Part shown: positions 25,571 to 39,277 of the stretch, piece by piece
Layout of the letters: each line of letters starts with the position of its first letter
Position numbering within the stretch: position 1 is the first letter of the stretch
From: the human T2T-CHM13v2.0 reference genome, Homo sapiens
Direction: 5' to 3' (one strand)
NCBI RefSeq assembly: GCF_009914755.1
Contig: NC_060937.1
Length of the DNA: 64,000 nt
Program-made: the position numbers and the translations under genes
Notes under the pieces: generated by a model
The model's input: the letters and a program-made list of their open reading frames with translations, nothing else
What the model was told of the DNA's origin: nothing
Databases searched by the model: none

Positions 25571-28500
25571 TAAAAATAATTTATGTGGTTAGCAAAAATG
25601 CTATACAAGAAAAGAAAAATAAAGGATTTCATAGTCAAATAGTTTAGGAAATCTTAGATTATTGTGCACATGAGGCAGAGAGAGAAATAATGACAGATTT
25701 CTCAGACACTTCAGTAAAGAGAGAATAGATTCTGCCTGTTACCTCGTTTGACCTTGGAACCCTCCCTGGCTCCATTTCCTATCACACATCTGGAGAACAC
25801 TGGTGGAGAAAGGTGATTCCAGAGCGCACGGAGGCCATGATGGTTTTTCACGTAGGGTGTTAAAGAGCGAGGTACAGAAGACTCAATGGAGCAAAGCTAC
25901 CACAGAATTGATGGCACTAATAACTTCTTGAGGGTGATTCTAGCTGAGTGTTTCCTGCTTGTTTCTTATAAATGTATTTGGTACAGGATCAGTGTAGTTA
26001 TATTTCCCTGAAGCTATTTCTTACACACGATGGCTTCAGCAGGTTTGAGGCCAAAATGCCATAGGAATGCACATGCCTTCCTCAGATTTTGCCTCTCCAT
26101 TTTGAATGTATGCAAGTCTTGAAAATCCTCGTTATTGGGACCCTTCTGACCCCTGACCACAGCCTTGTGGTCTGACAGACGCTGTAGCCTCATGGAACAG
26201 GGCATTTTCTCCACCTGTGGACTTGTTTTCTGTATTCCTAAAGGGAAGAAAATAAAGAATCCTCAAGATCTCTTCCTTGTTCAAAAATATGGGCCAAATA
26301 ATAGTACAACATTCCCTCCCCAGCCTCCTGGGTCTTTAATAGTTGCCCTCACCTCCCTCATCTAAATTAGTCATTAAAGACTAGAGCATTATCTCCAAGA
26401 AGCCTATATGAAAGGCACAGCATTTAACTGGCATGAAGGCCATTTTATCTCTCTCCTAGGTATTGATTAGTTTCTCAGATTAGATCACGGTCACGGAGTC
26501 AGATGCTGAAATAGGATCCACCAAATACCGCCTCAGGACCCAGCCCATGGATAGACTTCCTAAAGTTAAAAGACGATTTCAGAGTTAGTCTAGCATTTAA
26601 TAAGTATAGTAGACAGTATACATTAGAAGACAATTGCAAAAAATAAAAAATTATAAGGCTCCAGATATATTAATGTTTTGTTTTTTAGGTTTTATCAGAT
26701 TTTGATGTTCCTGTATGGCCATTGTAAAATCTACTGACAACTTGAAAGCATGTCTAGCTTCTGAAATATTATTCCTATGGAATGTTGATTCTCATTCTGG
26801 GAAGAAGAGCAGTCTTTTCTGTCATTCACTCAGAAGATAGTTATTGAGTATTTACGATGGTCAGGTGCTGCACTAAGAAAAAAGATAGAAACAAGAATTA
26901 GACAACGACTATATGACTCTGTCTCGATTCCCATGTTTGTGAACCAGCAAGTACATGCCCACCATACAGGTACTGACCAGTGACAAAAAAAAAAAAAAAA
27001 AAAAAAAAACCTTAAGTGCTTTTAAAACACATGGCTCTAAATAAAATAAAATTCTAACTCTTAAAATATAAGATGTGAAATAGCAAATTATAAAAAGTAC
27101 AGCCACAATATAATGACTTAAAAACTTCCCACTTAAAAAATAAAAAATCAAATTAAAAAATCAGAACAAACAGGGAATGTATTCATTTTATATTATACAA
27201 GATATCTTGGCAGAACTTAATAACTGAAGACCTCTGTTTCCCTTTGCAAAATGAAAATAGAGAGCATAGGGTAAATAAGAGCACTGAGAAATTCAGCTTT
27301 CCAGGTATGATTTCACCATCCAGGGCTTTACTTTTTTTCACATTGTGGGTATGTGCCCTTCCATGAATATAACTTGGAAGTGGAGAGGATGAGAAAGTGA
27401 ATTTAGTATGCCTAAAAAGAACACAACAGCATTTTTTTTTTTTTGGTCTCAGCTGAATGTTCAACTCATTAAAAGAACAAGAAACATTTCATGGATTACT
27501 GATAACAGTACCTCTGTCACAGACAGGAGGCCAGATTTGAGCCATAAATGGAGCCATTGTGTGCAATAACAAAGGTGAGATATTCATCCTCAAAACTGAT
27601 CCACCTCCTGCCAAAGACAGGTACACACAATGAATACACAAAAACAGCCTAGTTTTTTTCAGAGAGCCACACTAAAAAACAAGTTATTAGGACATTAATC
27701 ATCAGTTGAAAACAACATTCCAGAAGAAAACAGCAAAATCAACAAAAATATGTGTACTGCTGATATGCTTGCAAAGCTCAACACACCCTACAATGAGGTT
27801 AAACGCTAATATTTCTGAAACTAATCTGTGATTTCTTTTTCATTATCATAAAGGCAGTGACAAATTGGAAATGGTTGAATTCATATTCTCACCTTTGAAT
27901 GCTGAATTACTAAATTTAGTTAAAGGCTGTGAGCATTAGACAGAGCCTTAATGATTGGGCATTATCACCACTTCAGCCCATGAATGGGGAGTAGGGGCCT
28001 AGAAAACCTAATTAATGGCAGTGCCAGAAGATAACACAGACCCCTGCTCCAAGTTCAGCATTGTCTCCTTTACACTGTACTATTCTGTCTCTTGAACCAA
28101 ATAGATCCTAGGAAGGGCCACATTTCCAGAATTTGGCAACTGCCTGGAAATTTAGATCCCCCAGAAGAATGTGTCCCCCTCATGCTAAATGCCTCAGTTT
28201 TGCCTATTAAAGTATTTTATTTATTCTTTAGAACACTTTATGCTCATAAACGTGCCCATTAGTTTTACAAATTACCACATTACTCATAAATGAGGTGTCC
28301 TCCTAATATAGCACATAACTTATTGTTGCATTTTATTGGACCATTTATAATAAAATTATGGAATGTGTTAAATAACCCTTAGAGAAAAAACATATTCATC
28401 ATCTTAGCAGAGACCTAAGTATTGCATTTTTTCTAAGGTCTTTGTAGGGAATCTATATGCAGAATATCATACTATTCCTCTAAGAGGACTTTCGGGTTTC

Positions 28501-29999
28501 TATTTAAGGTCACTCCTCCCATCCTTTTCACTAGATTTCCTATAAAAGTCTAAGTCACCTGTAATGCTCTTATTTTCACAATCTGAAGACAAATGATTTA
28601 CTTCTTCTAAATCACATAAGATCTATTTGTTGTTTAAGTTAGCAATTAAAGTTCAGCAGCAAAGTCTGAAATCACCTCTTCTCCTTGTCACCCACTCGTA
28701 ACAGAAACATTGGCACTAACACATGTGACCTTCAGAATAGCCGTTGCCTCTCATAAAATCTAACAGTGTTTTCTTCAGAAATAAGGACTACGAAGCCACA
28801 GACCTCAAGTCCCTTTGAGACTCATTGACATAGTACTTATCTAGCTGAAACCAAGGGTGCCCTAATCACAGGACACCTACAAAATTTCCTTTCTTTCTTT
28901 TTAGCATTTACAGACATGGGCTACCGGAGCTGTATTACAGATTAGCTTTATCTAATGTAAGCTAGTATGCAAAAAAAAAAAAAAAGTTAAGGCAGACTGA
29001 ATTAATTATATCTGAGATTTGACTTACACATTAGATGATTAAATATGTGCATTTGAAAAAAAAGTCCCTGAAGGTAATCTTGTTACTTTAAATAATTGTC
29101 CAGGGCCTTTTGGCTAAAGTGACTTTCCCCATGTAGCTTGCTTGTGTTATCTTAATTTTTCAGTGTCTTAATTTTGCATTTTCTTTATGGCTCTACTTTC
29201 AATTTAATTCAGAAGCATTTATTGAGAGCCAAATGGGCAGAGAACAGTGCTAGAACCTGCAGGGGAATGGAAAGTTGAAAAGTCATGACCCACCCACCCG
29301 TCAGGGTTGTCTCTGTCATGTAGGACATAAATCCACATGGCTAATGCATCAGCCATTACACCAATAACTCCAGTCCAAATCCAGATTACCAGTACCTATT
29401 TTTTATTATAAAGGGAATTTATCGAATCACTACTGAATTAGCAAGAATCAATAAATTAGGAAAAAGAAGCCCTTGCTTGCAGCATAGCATGAAACTAAGA
29501 CAAACAGCTCATCTCCAACGCAAGGTGGTTAAGCACTGAGCCACCACTGGCCAGGGATGCCACAGAAACCCAGGAAAGGAGCTTAGGGCCCTCAGAAAGA
29601 GTTGATTTTTGAGTTAGATCCTGAAAAATTACAAGTTAGCTGGACAAAGAAGTTAAGCAGCTTCCAGGCAGAAGAATAGCACCTCTCAGCCTGCAGATCT
29701 TCCTAGTTTTTTGACTATCATTGAGAAATCAAATTTCAAAAATCATTTAGGAAATGGATAAAAGGTAACCAAATTGTATTGTCATTTCCAAATAAGCAAT
29801 TAGTTTCATGATTTCTTAAAGCAAAGGATTAACACCAGAATGTAGAAAAGGGAATAATCTTAGAATAAAGGACAATTCTTTAACTTGAATAAGTTTAGCA
29901 TCTTTTTTTTTTTTTTTTCTTCATTTCACTTCACTGGCAATCCTTTTCATACCTAGTACTAATTACTGGACCGACTTCTGTGAACTACTGATTGGAAAA

Positions 30000-31090
<1,091 letters not shown>

Positions 31091-31498
31091 AAATAGGCAG
31101 GGGATTTGTGACAATTGCTGCAATTGCTATAATTCTAGCAGAGTGCAATGAGGATATAGAGAGGTGAGAGACTCTCAAAGTGATAGGGTCTGAGCTGAGC
31201 CTTAAGGAGTGGGATCTGGAACAGGCAACTAAAAGCAAGAAAGACTTTCCAGGCAGAGACAAGGGAAGATGCTTATTTTTTGTTGTTGTTGTTGTTAACA
31301 ATTATAAACATTTATTAAGCACCAAGAATATACTGTGATGGTTGCTATATGAAAACATAATTATCAATATAGTATCCCTGTCATTGAGCTTACAATCTAA
31401 AATGAAATACAATGCTATGAGCCTACCTAAAAACTTCCTTAACTTAGAAATGGCTACTTTGGCAAATGAGCAAGGCAAAATGACCTATTATTCAGGTG

Positions 31499-31686
31499 CA
31501 GTGTTTTAACCTAAAACAGTAGTGCTAGGGGACTTGTTAAGAGCACAGATTGAAAGAAGGGAGGTGGAGGGGCCACATCAGATTTTTAATCTGATAAACT
31601 TAGGATAGGCTAGAAATTGCATGTCTAATAAGTTTCTAGGTGATAATGATGCAGTTGGTCCCTGGACAACATTTTGAGAAATACTT
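31499..31686. mobile_element. MER5-family hAT-Charlie element
   Basis: ttgcatgtctaataagtttctaggtgataatgatgcagttggtccctggacaacattttgagaaatact. Confidence 0.7.
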
Positions 31687-31783
31687 TCATTTAAAAACAA
31701 GAAGCAAACAAAATCCTCCTTTCCATATTTAAGAGGCATTCTTGAGACCTAATTGTATAGTGTTTGCTAAATATCTACATGTA

Positions 31784-32019
31784 CAGGTTGAGCATCCCAA
31801 ATATGAAAATCTGAAATATGAAATGCTCCAAAATCTGAAACATTTTGAGTACCAACATAACATTCAAAGGAAAGGCTTATTGGAGCATTTTGGATTTCGG
31901 GTTTTCGGATTAGGGATGCTCAACCATTAAGTATAATGCAAATATTCCAAAATCCAGAAAAGTCCAAAATCTGAAACACTTCTGGTTCTAAGCACTTCAG
32001 ATAAGGGATATTCAAACTG
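31784..32019. mobile_element. Tigger4a/MER46A TcMar MITE
   Basis: TIR-like ends caggttgagcatccc and gggatattcaaactg, flanked by TA on both sides. Confidence 0.9.
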
Positions 32020-32069
32020 TATTTGCCCTGTCTATATAAACTTTAATAATCACCTCACAGCCCTTGTAC

Positions 32070-32500
32070 CAGATTGCTGAACCAAATTGTTTCATTTATC
32101 TTTATATCTCAAAGAACTTCCATTCCTGTAATCGTTCCAGTCGTCTTTATACTTATGATGCTTCATAAATTCCACCTCTTATCATGTTCCAGGAAAGGCA
32201 TAAACTTTGACCTGGGTGGGATGGTTTGCTTTGTCTTCTTTGAGACACTTTCAAGTACCTTCTTCATCTTTTCAGCCACAAAAGTTTATCATCAACCTCA
32301 CATACACAGTTAGTTCAGAGCTGATGTTCTTGTCAAGATAGTAAAGCTCATCTGCCATTTTTACGTTTATTGATCTTACCATGTGAAATTTTACTATAAG
32401 CTTAAGCCTACTTAAGGTATCATTATTTTTTATTTTCTGGAAGGGCTGAAAACTTGCACTACGGGTAGCACAGCCAGACACCAGCCTGTAACAATGACAA
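32070..32500 (-). mobile_element. Ancient RTE-clade LINE fossil, C-terminal RT region (L4/MamRTE-like)
   Basis: Minus-strand translation RLVSGCATRSASF..VKMADELYYLDKNISSELTV..HPTQVKVY, then after a frameshift LEHDKRWNL*SIISIK..IT.MEVL*. The motifs and their order resemble recalled RTE RT sequence. Confidence 0.6.
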
Positions 32501-32529
32501 TAGCGACAAGGATGGCAGAAGCTCTCCTG

Positions 32530-32910
32530 TACTGAGTACCTAACAGGTACCCAATAATGTCTGTCATTAGGGGCTGCAGAGATGAAAGACATGTTCCTCA
32601 TTCTGAATTAAGTCTCCGTCTAGGGCAATGGGCAGGAAACCAGATAACTTACTATATACCGGGATAAGGAATGTGATTATGGTAAGGGAATAGATAGGAG
32701 GGGTGCCTGTCCCATTTAGGGAAGAGATCCAGGCAGACAGTTTCCAGGAGATGACACTGGAGCTGACTTTTGAAGATATGGTAGGAGTTAGCTGGGGGAA
32801 AAAAAAAAGCATGATGCATTTGCTGGAGAGGGTGATAGACAGGAGATAAGGCTGGGATCAGATGATGAAGGACCCGCAAAACCTGTAAACTAGATAAGGC
32901 TAAATCCACA
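32530..32910 (-). mobile_element. L2 3' fragment
   Basis: tactgagtacct..tagggg ctgcagagatgaaagacatgttcct..gaagagatccaggcagacagtttccaggagatgacactggagctga. Confidence 0.65.
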
Positions 32911-32934
32911 TTATGACATGACTCATATGCAGCC

Positions 32935-33040
32935 AACAATGGTATTTTGTTTGGGTGATAGGTACCCTAAAAGCCCTTACATACACTATGCATGTAACAA
33001 AATTATTCTTATACCCCATACATTTATGCAAATAAAAAAT
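32935..33040 (+). mobile_element. Short L1 (L1PB/MA-type) 3' tail
   Basis: ttgggtgataggtaccctaaaagccc..catgtaacaaaatt..taccccatacatttatgcaaataaaaa. Confidence 0.75.
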
Positions 33041-33149
33041 ACACAACAGTTCAGAAAGGAACTACAAAGAACATACAGGCATAACTATAGTATTTGTCCT
33101 GTATTAATATCCAGTTCCCCCACCTTAGGAATTGGAGACCTGTCAGGTA

Positions 33150-33400
33150 AATGAAGCTAAATAAATATCTCCAGATTGGGGCTCCTTGGATCTCTCATTT
33201 CTTCTGTCATCTTGCTTCTGCCTCATCTGCCAAGTATCTTGTAGATCTAGCGCAAATCCATCTAAAGACTTGCCTTTATTGTGATAGCTGAAATGGATCC
33301 TATCAAGGTGATGGGAAGTTAGACAGTACCCCACCTGTCTGCAATTGCTCAGACATTTAGCTTTAACCATGGTCCTCATCAGTGCTATTTCCTGTATTCT
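33150..33400 (-). mobile_element. Upstream part of the same RTE-clade LINE fossil
   Basis: ORF 33143..33379 has SNCRQVGYCLTS...RIHFSY...KEPQSGDIYLAS, with spacing like the QG and [F/Y]ADD motifs of an RTE RT. Confidence 0.45.
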
Positions 33401-34229
33401 GGCTGCTGCTTTTGCTCATTTTCTGTTGGACAGAGTTAGGTAATGCTGGTATATGATGAGGTTCATTCTCCTCTGATGATGTTCTGCAAACACAGCTTCT
33501 ACTGACTAGCAAGACCCCTGCCTGTTTCCTTAGTCATATCTGATCATTCCACCAGCTGTAGCTTCCTGGGGCTACAGTTTAACAACATTGTTTTCTGATT
33601 GTTGTTAACATTGACACATAGTAAGAGCTACTGATTTTTTCTATGGAAATGTTTATTTTTTATTTGACCCCTTCCCAGAACCCTCAGGAGAATGTAAAAG
33701 AGAATTTATATTTTCATTCATTATATCATCATGAGAAAATTGTTTTTCTTTTTTTTTTTAATAAGCCCATTCAGGTTTATATTTTTCTTTTCCTTTTATC
33801 AAATTTTCTTTGAATGTTAAGAGTCTATTATACCGAATAGTATATTACTTCAAGGAATTCAGGAAATAAAAGACAAGCCAAGAAGCAAGTGCAGTACAAA
33901 CCTTTGAGTGGGACCCCTTTGAATGGTATTTACATAACATAAGATGTAGTACCGCAGGGACTGGAAGTTCCTCTGTGTTCATTAGTGTGTTATGCTACTA
34001 CAATTTGCATTTAGTTTTAATTTGAATTAGTAAATGTGAATTCTCTCACAATACACTAAACTAGTTTGTGTTTGACACTGGGGGCCTGGATAACCAAAGT
34101 TGCATATGCCATGTTTAAAATATGTTTAGAATTGGAACCAGTAGTAAATTGTTAGTGAAAGAAAAAATTATGAAACTCCCATTTGTCTTCCATGAATTGT
34201 GTTCTGGGAACTGTTGGAAGCATTCACAA

Positions 34230-34370
34230 GCAATGGCTCAGTTAATCCTCACAAAAATAGCTGGGAACTGTAATGTCCCTGTCTTACAGATGAGGAAACT
34301 TAAATTCAGAGAAATTAAGAATGATGGAGCAGAGCAGGGATTGAAATTTAGACCCGAAGGCACTGTCTTC
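34230..34370 (-). mobile_element. MIR SINE
   Basis: gtccctgtcttacagatgaggaaacttaaattcagagaaattaag. Confidence 0.75.
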
Positions 34371-34678
34371 AGCAATTTTATTCAGAAATGTGGCTCCTTT
34401 AACTAGATGGCTGTCTTCCAGGTCATTGTAAACCTCCAGAGGGAAGGATAGAATTAGGCAGAACTCCAAGCTGGCATCGTGGTTTGAGGCTACCAGGAGC
34501 AACTTTCATTTCTTTGGATTTTGCTTTCATAAATCAGAGCCATTTTCAAATCTGCCAGTGCCACCTTTGCACATTGTCAAGGGAAAGGACAAATAACAAA
34601 GCTAGTAAAAAATCTTTCAAATGATATAATATAAATATATATTTATATTACGGTAATATATAAATAGATGTAGGCATG

Positions 34679-35369
34679 TGTTAACAGGAAAAATAAGCAA
34701 ACAAAACAAAAACAAACAAACAAAAGACCTCTTTAAGATATGTAAAGAGGCTTATTCTGAGCCAGTAGGAATGACCATGGCCTGTGGAAACACAGTCTGA
34801 AGAGGTCCTGAGAAATTGTCACCAATGTGGGTGAGTTACAGTTTGGTTTTATGCATATCAGGGAGACAGGCGTGCAGGCAAAGATATAAATCAATACATG
34901 GAAGGCATGCATTGGTATCGCCCAAAAAGGTAGGATATCTTGAAGCGGGGGCTTATAGGTGGATTCAGAGATTCTTTAATTTGCAGTTGGTTAAAGGAGG
35001 AAAGCTTTGTCTAGAAATTTGGAATCAGCAAAAAAGAATGCTTAATATAAGGAAGTCTGTTAACCAATACACTGAGACAGAGTGACTTGTAAGGGTGTGT
35101 GACTTAACCCTTGTCTGGCATGGCGTTAGGTCCTGTTTATAACTCGGTCTCTTAGTGTCATGAAGAGTCCATTTCGTTAGTCTGATGATCTCTATTTTAA
35201 TATTAATGCTGGTCAGTTGTGCCTAAACTCCAAGAAGGAGGTATCATGAGGCATGTCCCACCTCCCTTTCCATCACCACCAAGGACTTCGTTTTTCAGGT
35301 TTCTCTGGGGCCCCCTTGACCAAGAGGGGTCCGTTCAGTTGGTGGGGAGCTTCACATTTTAAGTTTACA
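34679..35369 (-). mobile_element. ERV1 MER4-group solo LTR
   Basis: End caggtttctctggggcccccttgaccaagaggggtccgttcagttggtgggg..tttaca and start tgttaac..ttattctgagcc match a MER4-type LTR in antisense. Confidence 0.85.
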
Positions 35370-36543
35370 AATATCTAGTTAATAATTGAAAAATTAAAGC
35401 AGAGAAAAGTGACAATAACTTATCCTCTCAAACATGTAAAATGGAGAAAAGAATCAGAATTTTTTTTAACAATGATCTGTTCACTAAGACTCAGTTTCAT
35501 TGAGAATATGCACTGAATAACCAAAGGAATAGATGTTCAATGCACTCACTGAATAAAGGGGAAGAACCAAACACTCTTTCTAGCATGTTGCCCATTCTGG
35601 TGCAGGTTTTAAATTGCAGTTGGAGAATTCTCGTTAGAAACTATTTATTTCCCTTTACTTCCCTCCCTTGTTGGTGTGACCACATGGATGAAAACTGACC
35701 TTTTTTTTTTCCGTGTGTGTGTGTGTGATTCTGTATCCTCTTTCTGAAATCTTATTGAATATCCTATTGCCTATACTATCATTCAAAATTAAGTGTTCTA
35801 GAACATGTTGCTGTTGCTCTTTTATGGTCAACTCTGGTGGGAATTTAGAATCTGTCCATGTGCCATGTGAAGACGCATTTAAAAGAATACACACCTATAT
35901 ACACGTGTGTAATTGGCTGTTGAGATTTTAAAGAATATATAAAACTTATTATTTTCTTTTGGCCTTGTTTAGTGATAAGAGAGAAAATCCACAAGTTCAG
36001 AGGGAGATTTCGAAGTGATGTATCAAAATAGATGACATGATTTAATAGGTAATTTTAATTTAACAGGAAAGTCAGATAGCTTATCACCATACACATACAC
36101 ACATCTTTTGATGACTATGAAAATAGTATACGTTCTAGTAAACCTTTTGGAGGTTTCTGAAAAGTGTGATTAAAACTTTATCCATAATCTCACAATTCAG
36201 TTAACACCACTTAATACTTTAGGATTTTCCTTTTTTAAAAACAGTTATTCTGCTTTAAACAGCTAACCCAACTTATATTTAAATGGAGAAGAGAACTTTT
36301 TAGCTAAATGTAGCTGAATGGATTTCAAAACAAAACAAAGCAAAACAGCCTTCTTTGAGTTATTGAAACCGGGTGTCGTCTTGCTTTTCCTCCCATACTT
36401 AGCTTACAGAATATTATCTATATATAATATACATAGATAGATATAAAATATAGTATTTCCCCAGTCATAACTTGATGTATATTCCCAAAAAATGTATATA
36501 TAGGAGAGAGATAGAGAGGAACATTTTGGTCGTGGACGGCTAC

Positions 36544-36839
<296 letters not shown>

Positions 36840-37320
36840 AGATGGCTGGCTACCTTTTAATGAAAAAAAAAAGATATATAAAAACAACAAAATATAATTA
36901 ATATTTCTCATTAGTTTATTTTCAAGATTAGGTGAGATTGTCTCCCTTTGTAGTACTTTGTAGGAAGTTTAGCTGTGTTATTTTTCGTTGGACTTTTTAT
37001 TACCAGCAAAAAGAGAAATGGTTTAGTGTGAGAGAATCATTCATAGGTTTTATTTCAGTTTTAATTCAGACTTATTTGAAGGTTTTGACAGAGAGTATTT
37101 CTATATAGGCAGTGTTATCTTTCCAAAGTATTTGATTTCTAGAATCTAGATTTTTAATATGATAGTCAAAAATCATATTAAATTTTTTGTCACTCTTTAG
37201 AATCATGACATTCTTCTCAGATACCTGATTATTAACTTTGTATTATGAAATCAGAAAATGCAGAAAGATGCCATTTATGTGGTTCCCATTCCAGCCTGAA
37301 AGAGAGTATAAAGGGATAGC

Positions 37321-37622
37321 AGCTGGGCACAGTGGCTCATGCCTATAATCCCTGCACTTTGGAGGCCAAGGTGGGTGGATCGTTTGAGCCCACAAGTTTG
37401 AAATGAGACTGGGCAACATGGCAAAACCCCATCTTTACAAAAAAATACAAAAATTAGCCAGGCGTGCACCTGTAGTCCCAGCTACCTGGGAGGCTAAGAT
37501 GGGAGAATTGCTTGAGCAATTCTGAGCCTGGGAAGTCCAGGCTGCAGTTAGCCATGATCACTCCACTACACTCCAGCCTGGGTGACAGTGAGATCATCTC
37601 AAAAATTAATAAATAAATAAAA
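37321..37622 (+). mobile_element. Alu (AluJ)
   Basis: Dimeric Alu with gagcccacaagtttga and ggctgcagttagccatgatc; (TAAA)n tail. Confidence 0.95.
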
Positions 37623-38115
37623 TTATAGCAATTGAAAGTAAGGCTAACTTGATCTGGACATCAGCGATTGTCACGTGGTTTCAACACATTATAGCTTTAT
37701 AGGCGCATATTTTGTTTTCACTGAAGCGAAGTTGTTAAACGTTTGATTTTGTCCTAATGGTGAAAAGAAGACGTTTCCTGAAGGAGACAGGATTGCATTA
37801 TCATTACAAAAGTATCCAGCCTCTGTCGCACACTCTTTTTTAATAGCGCTGTTGTCCTATTTGCATATGTAAGAAAAAGACTGAGAGTCACCCAGCAGCA
37901 AGCAAGTACCTGTAACCACAGAGGGCAGGGTCTGTAACATCAGGGTTGAAATGGAGACCATATTGTTTTTTAATAAAAGAGTGAACAGTCATTATCTTTT
38001 TCCAATTCATGACCCCAAAATATACGCAGTGTGGATTTACTTCCATGAATGGTCCATGATGGCTGCTGTCCATTCGTACAACCTGGCCTCTACTCTTTGC
38101 CTCTTAGGTGCTTTT

Positions 38116-38118
<3 letters not shown>

Positions 38119-38154
<36 letters not shown>
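38119..38154. repeat. (AC)18 microsatellite
   Basis: Read directly from the sequence. Confidence 0.97.
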
Positions 38155-38155
<1 letters not shown>

Positions 38156-38246
38156 AGAAATGGAACACCCATTTTTCAAGACTAATAATTCCAAGCTTAT
38201 CTGTTCAGTTCTTAGTTCCTTTGTAGGAAAAGATCATTCTTTGGGA

Positions 38247-38278
38247 GTGTGTGTGTATGTGTGTGTGTGTGTGTGTGT
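38247..38278. repeat. (GT)~16 microsatellite with one interruption
   Basis: Read directly; followed by a short (GA)n run. Confidence 0.95.
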
Positions 38279-38769
38279 ATAAGACAGAGAGAGAGAGGGA
38301 TATCTGTGTGCAAACACTAGTTTAACTAAAGGATATACTTTTATTTTACAAAGACTTGTCTAAAATACCTGTTCCTGACATGCAAACAAAAATAGATAAT
38401 TTGTTCTTTTATTCCTAAATCTATTTAATTTGGTGTAATTCAGAGTGATCTTTGAGGATAGAAAGATAATGCCCAACTGAAGTTAATATTCTTACTGCCT
38501 GGAATAAGAATAAAGAATTTTAGCAGTTCTTAAAATATGGAGCAGAGCATTAGAATACCTGCTTTTATGAAAAATTGTATACATTTAAATTTATATAATG
38601 AAAATCTTTAGGAACCAGGCCCTAGTTAAACAGGGGAATCAAATATTTATATTACTAAAGTTATTAACAAAACTTTGGAGACCTTATTGCTTATGGGCAA
38701 AAGCACAGAGTTTGAAATATTGATTAGAGAGTAAGTTCTTTAGGAGTCCTAGATTTTATTTTTTCTTGC

Positions 38770-38905
38770 TTACTGCCTAGAGCAATGCCTAGCACCTAGC
38801 AAACACTCAACAAATATTTATTAAATGACTGGATGGATGGGTGGATGGATGGATGGATGGATGGATGGATGGATGGATGGACGGATGATGAATGGATGGA
38901 TGGAT
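38770..38905 (+). repeat. L2 3' end with expanded (TGGA)n tetranucleotide tail
   Basis: gcctagcacctagcaaacactcaacaaatattta followed by (TGGA)n at 38830-38905. Confidence 0.85.
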
Positions 38906-39228
38906 AAAATATATTAAAATCTATACTTGGCCATTTACCTAACATTCTATGTAAAGCACCTTCTACATGGTAAGACTCATTATTGCATTTGTTGTCATTA
39001 TTTTTTACATTAGTATAATGTTTTGACTTTATTGAAACTTATCAATTTAGGGTCAAATTATATCCTTATCCATTAGGCCTTTTCCAATAGGCCAATGGTA
39101 AAGTGTCCAAATAATTTTATTTTAGAATAAGTAGGAATGTCAGCAGTCATATAGCCTAGCTACTTCAATATATTGATATTTGTTTGGGAATTAAAAACCA
39201 AAGAGATTAACTGATTTGCTTAAAGTCT

Positions 39229-39277
39229 CATATGTGTACCCCCAGAATCTAAAATAAAAGTTGAAAAAGAAAAAAAA
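39229..39277 (+). mobile_element. Very short L1PA-type tail inside a MIR relic
   Basis: tgtacccccagaatctaaaataaaagttgaaaaagaaaaaaaa. Confidence 0.6.
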
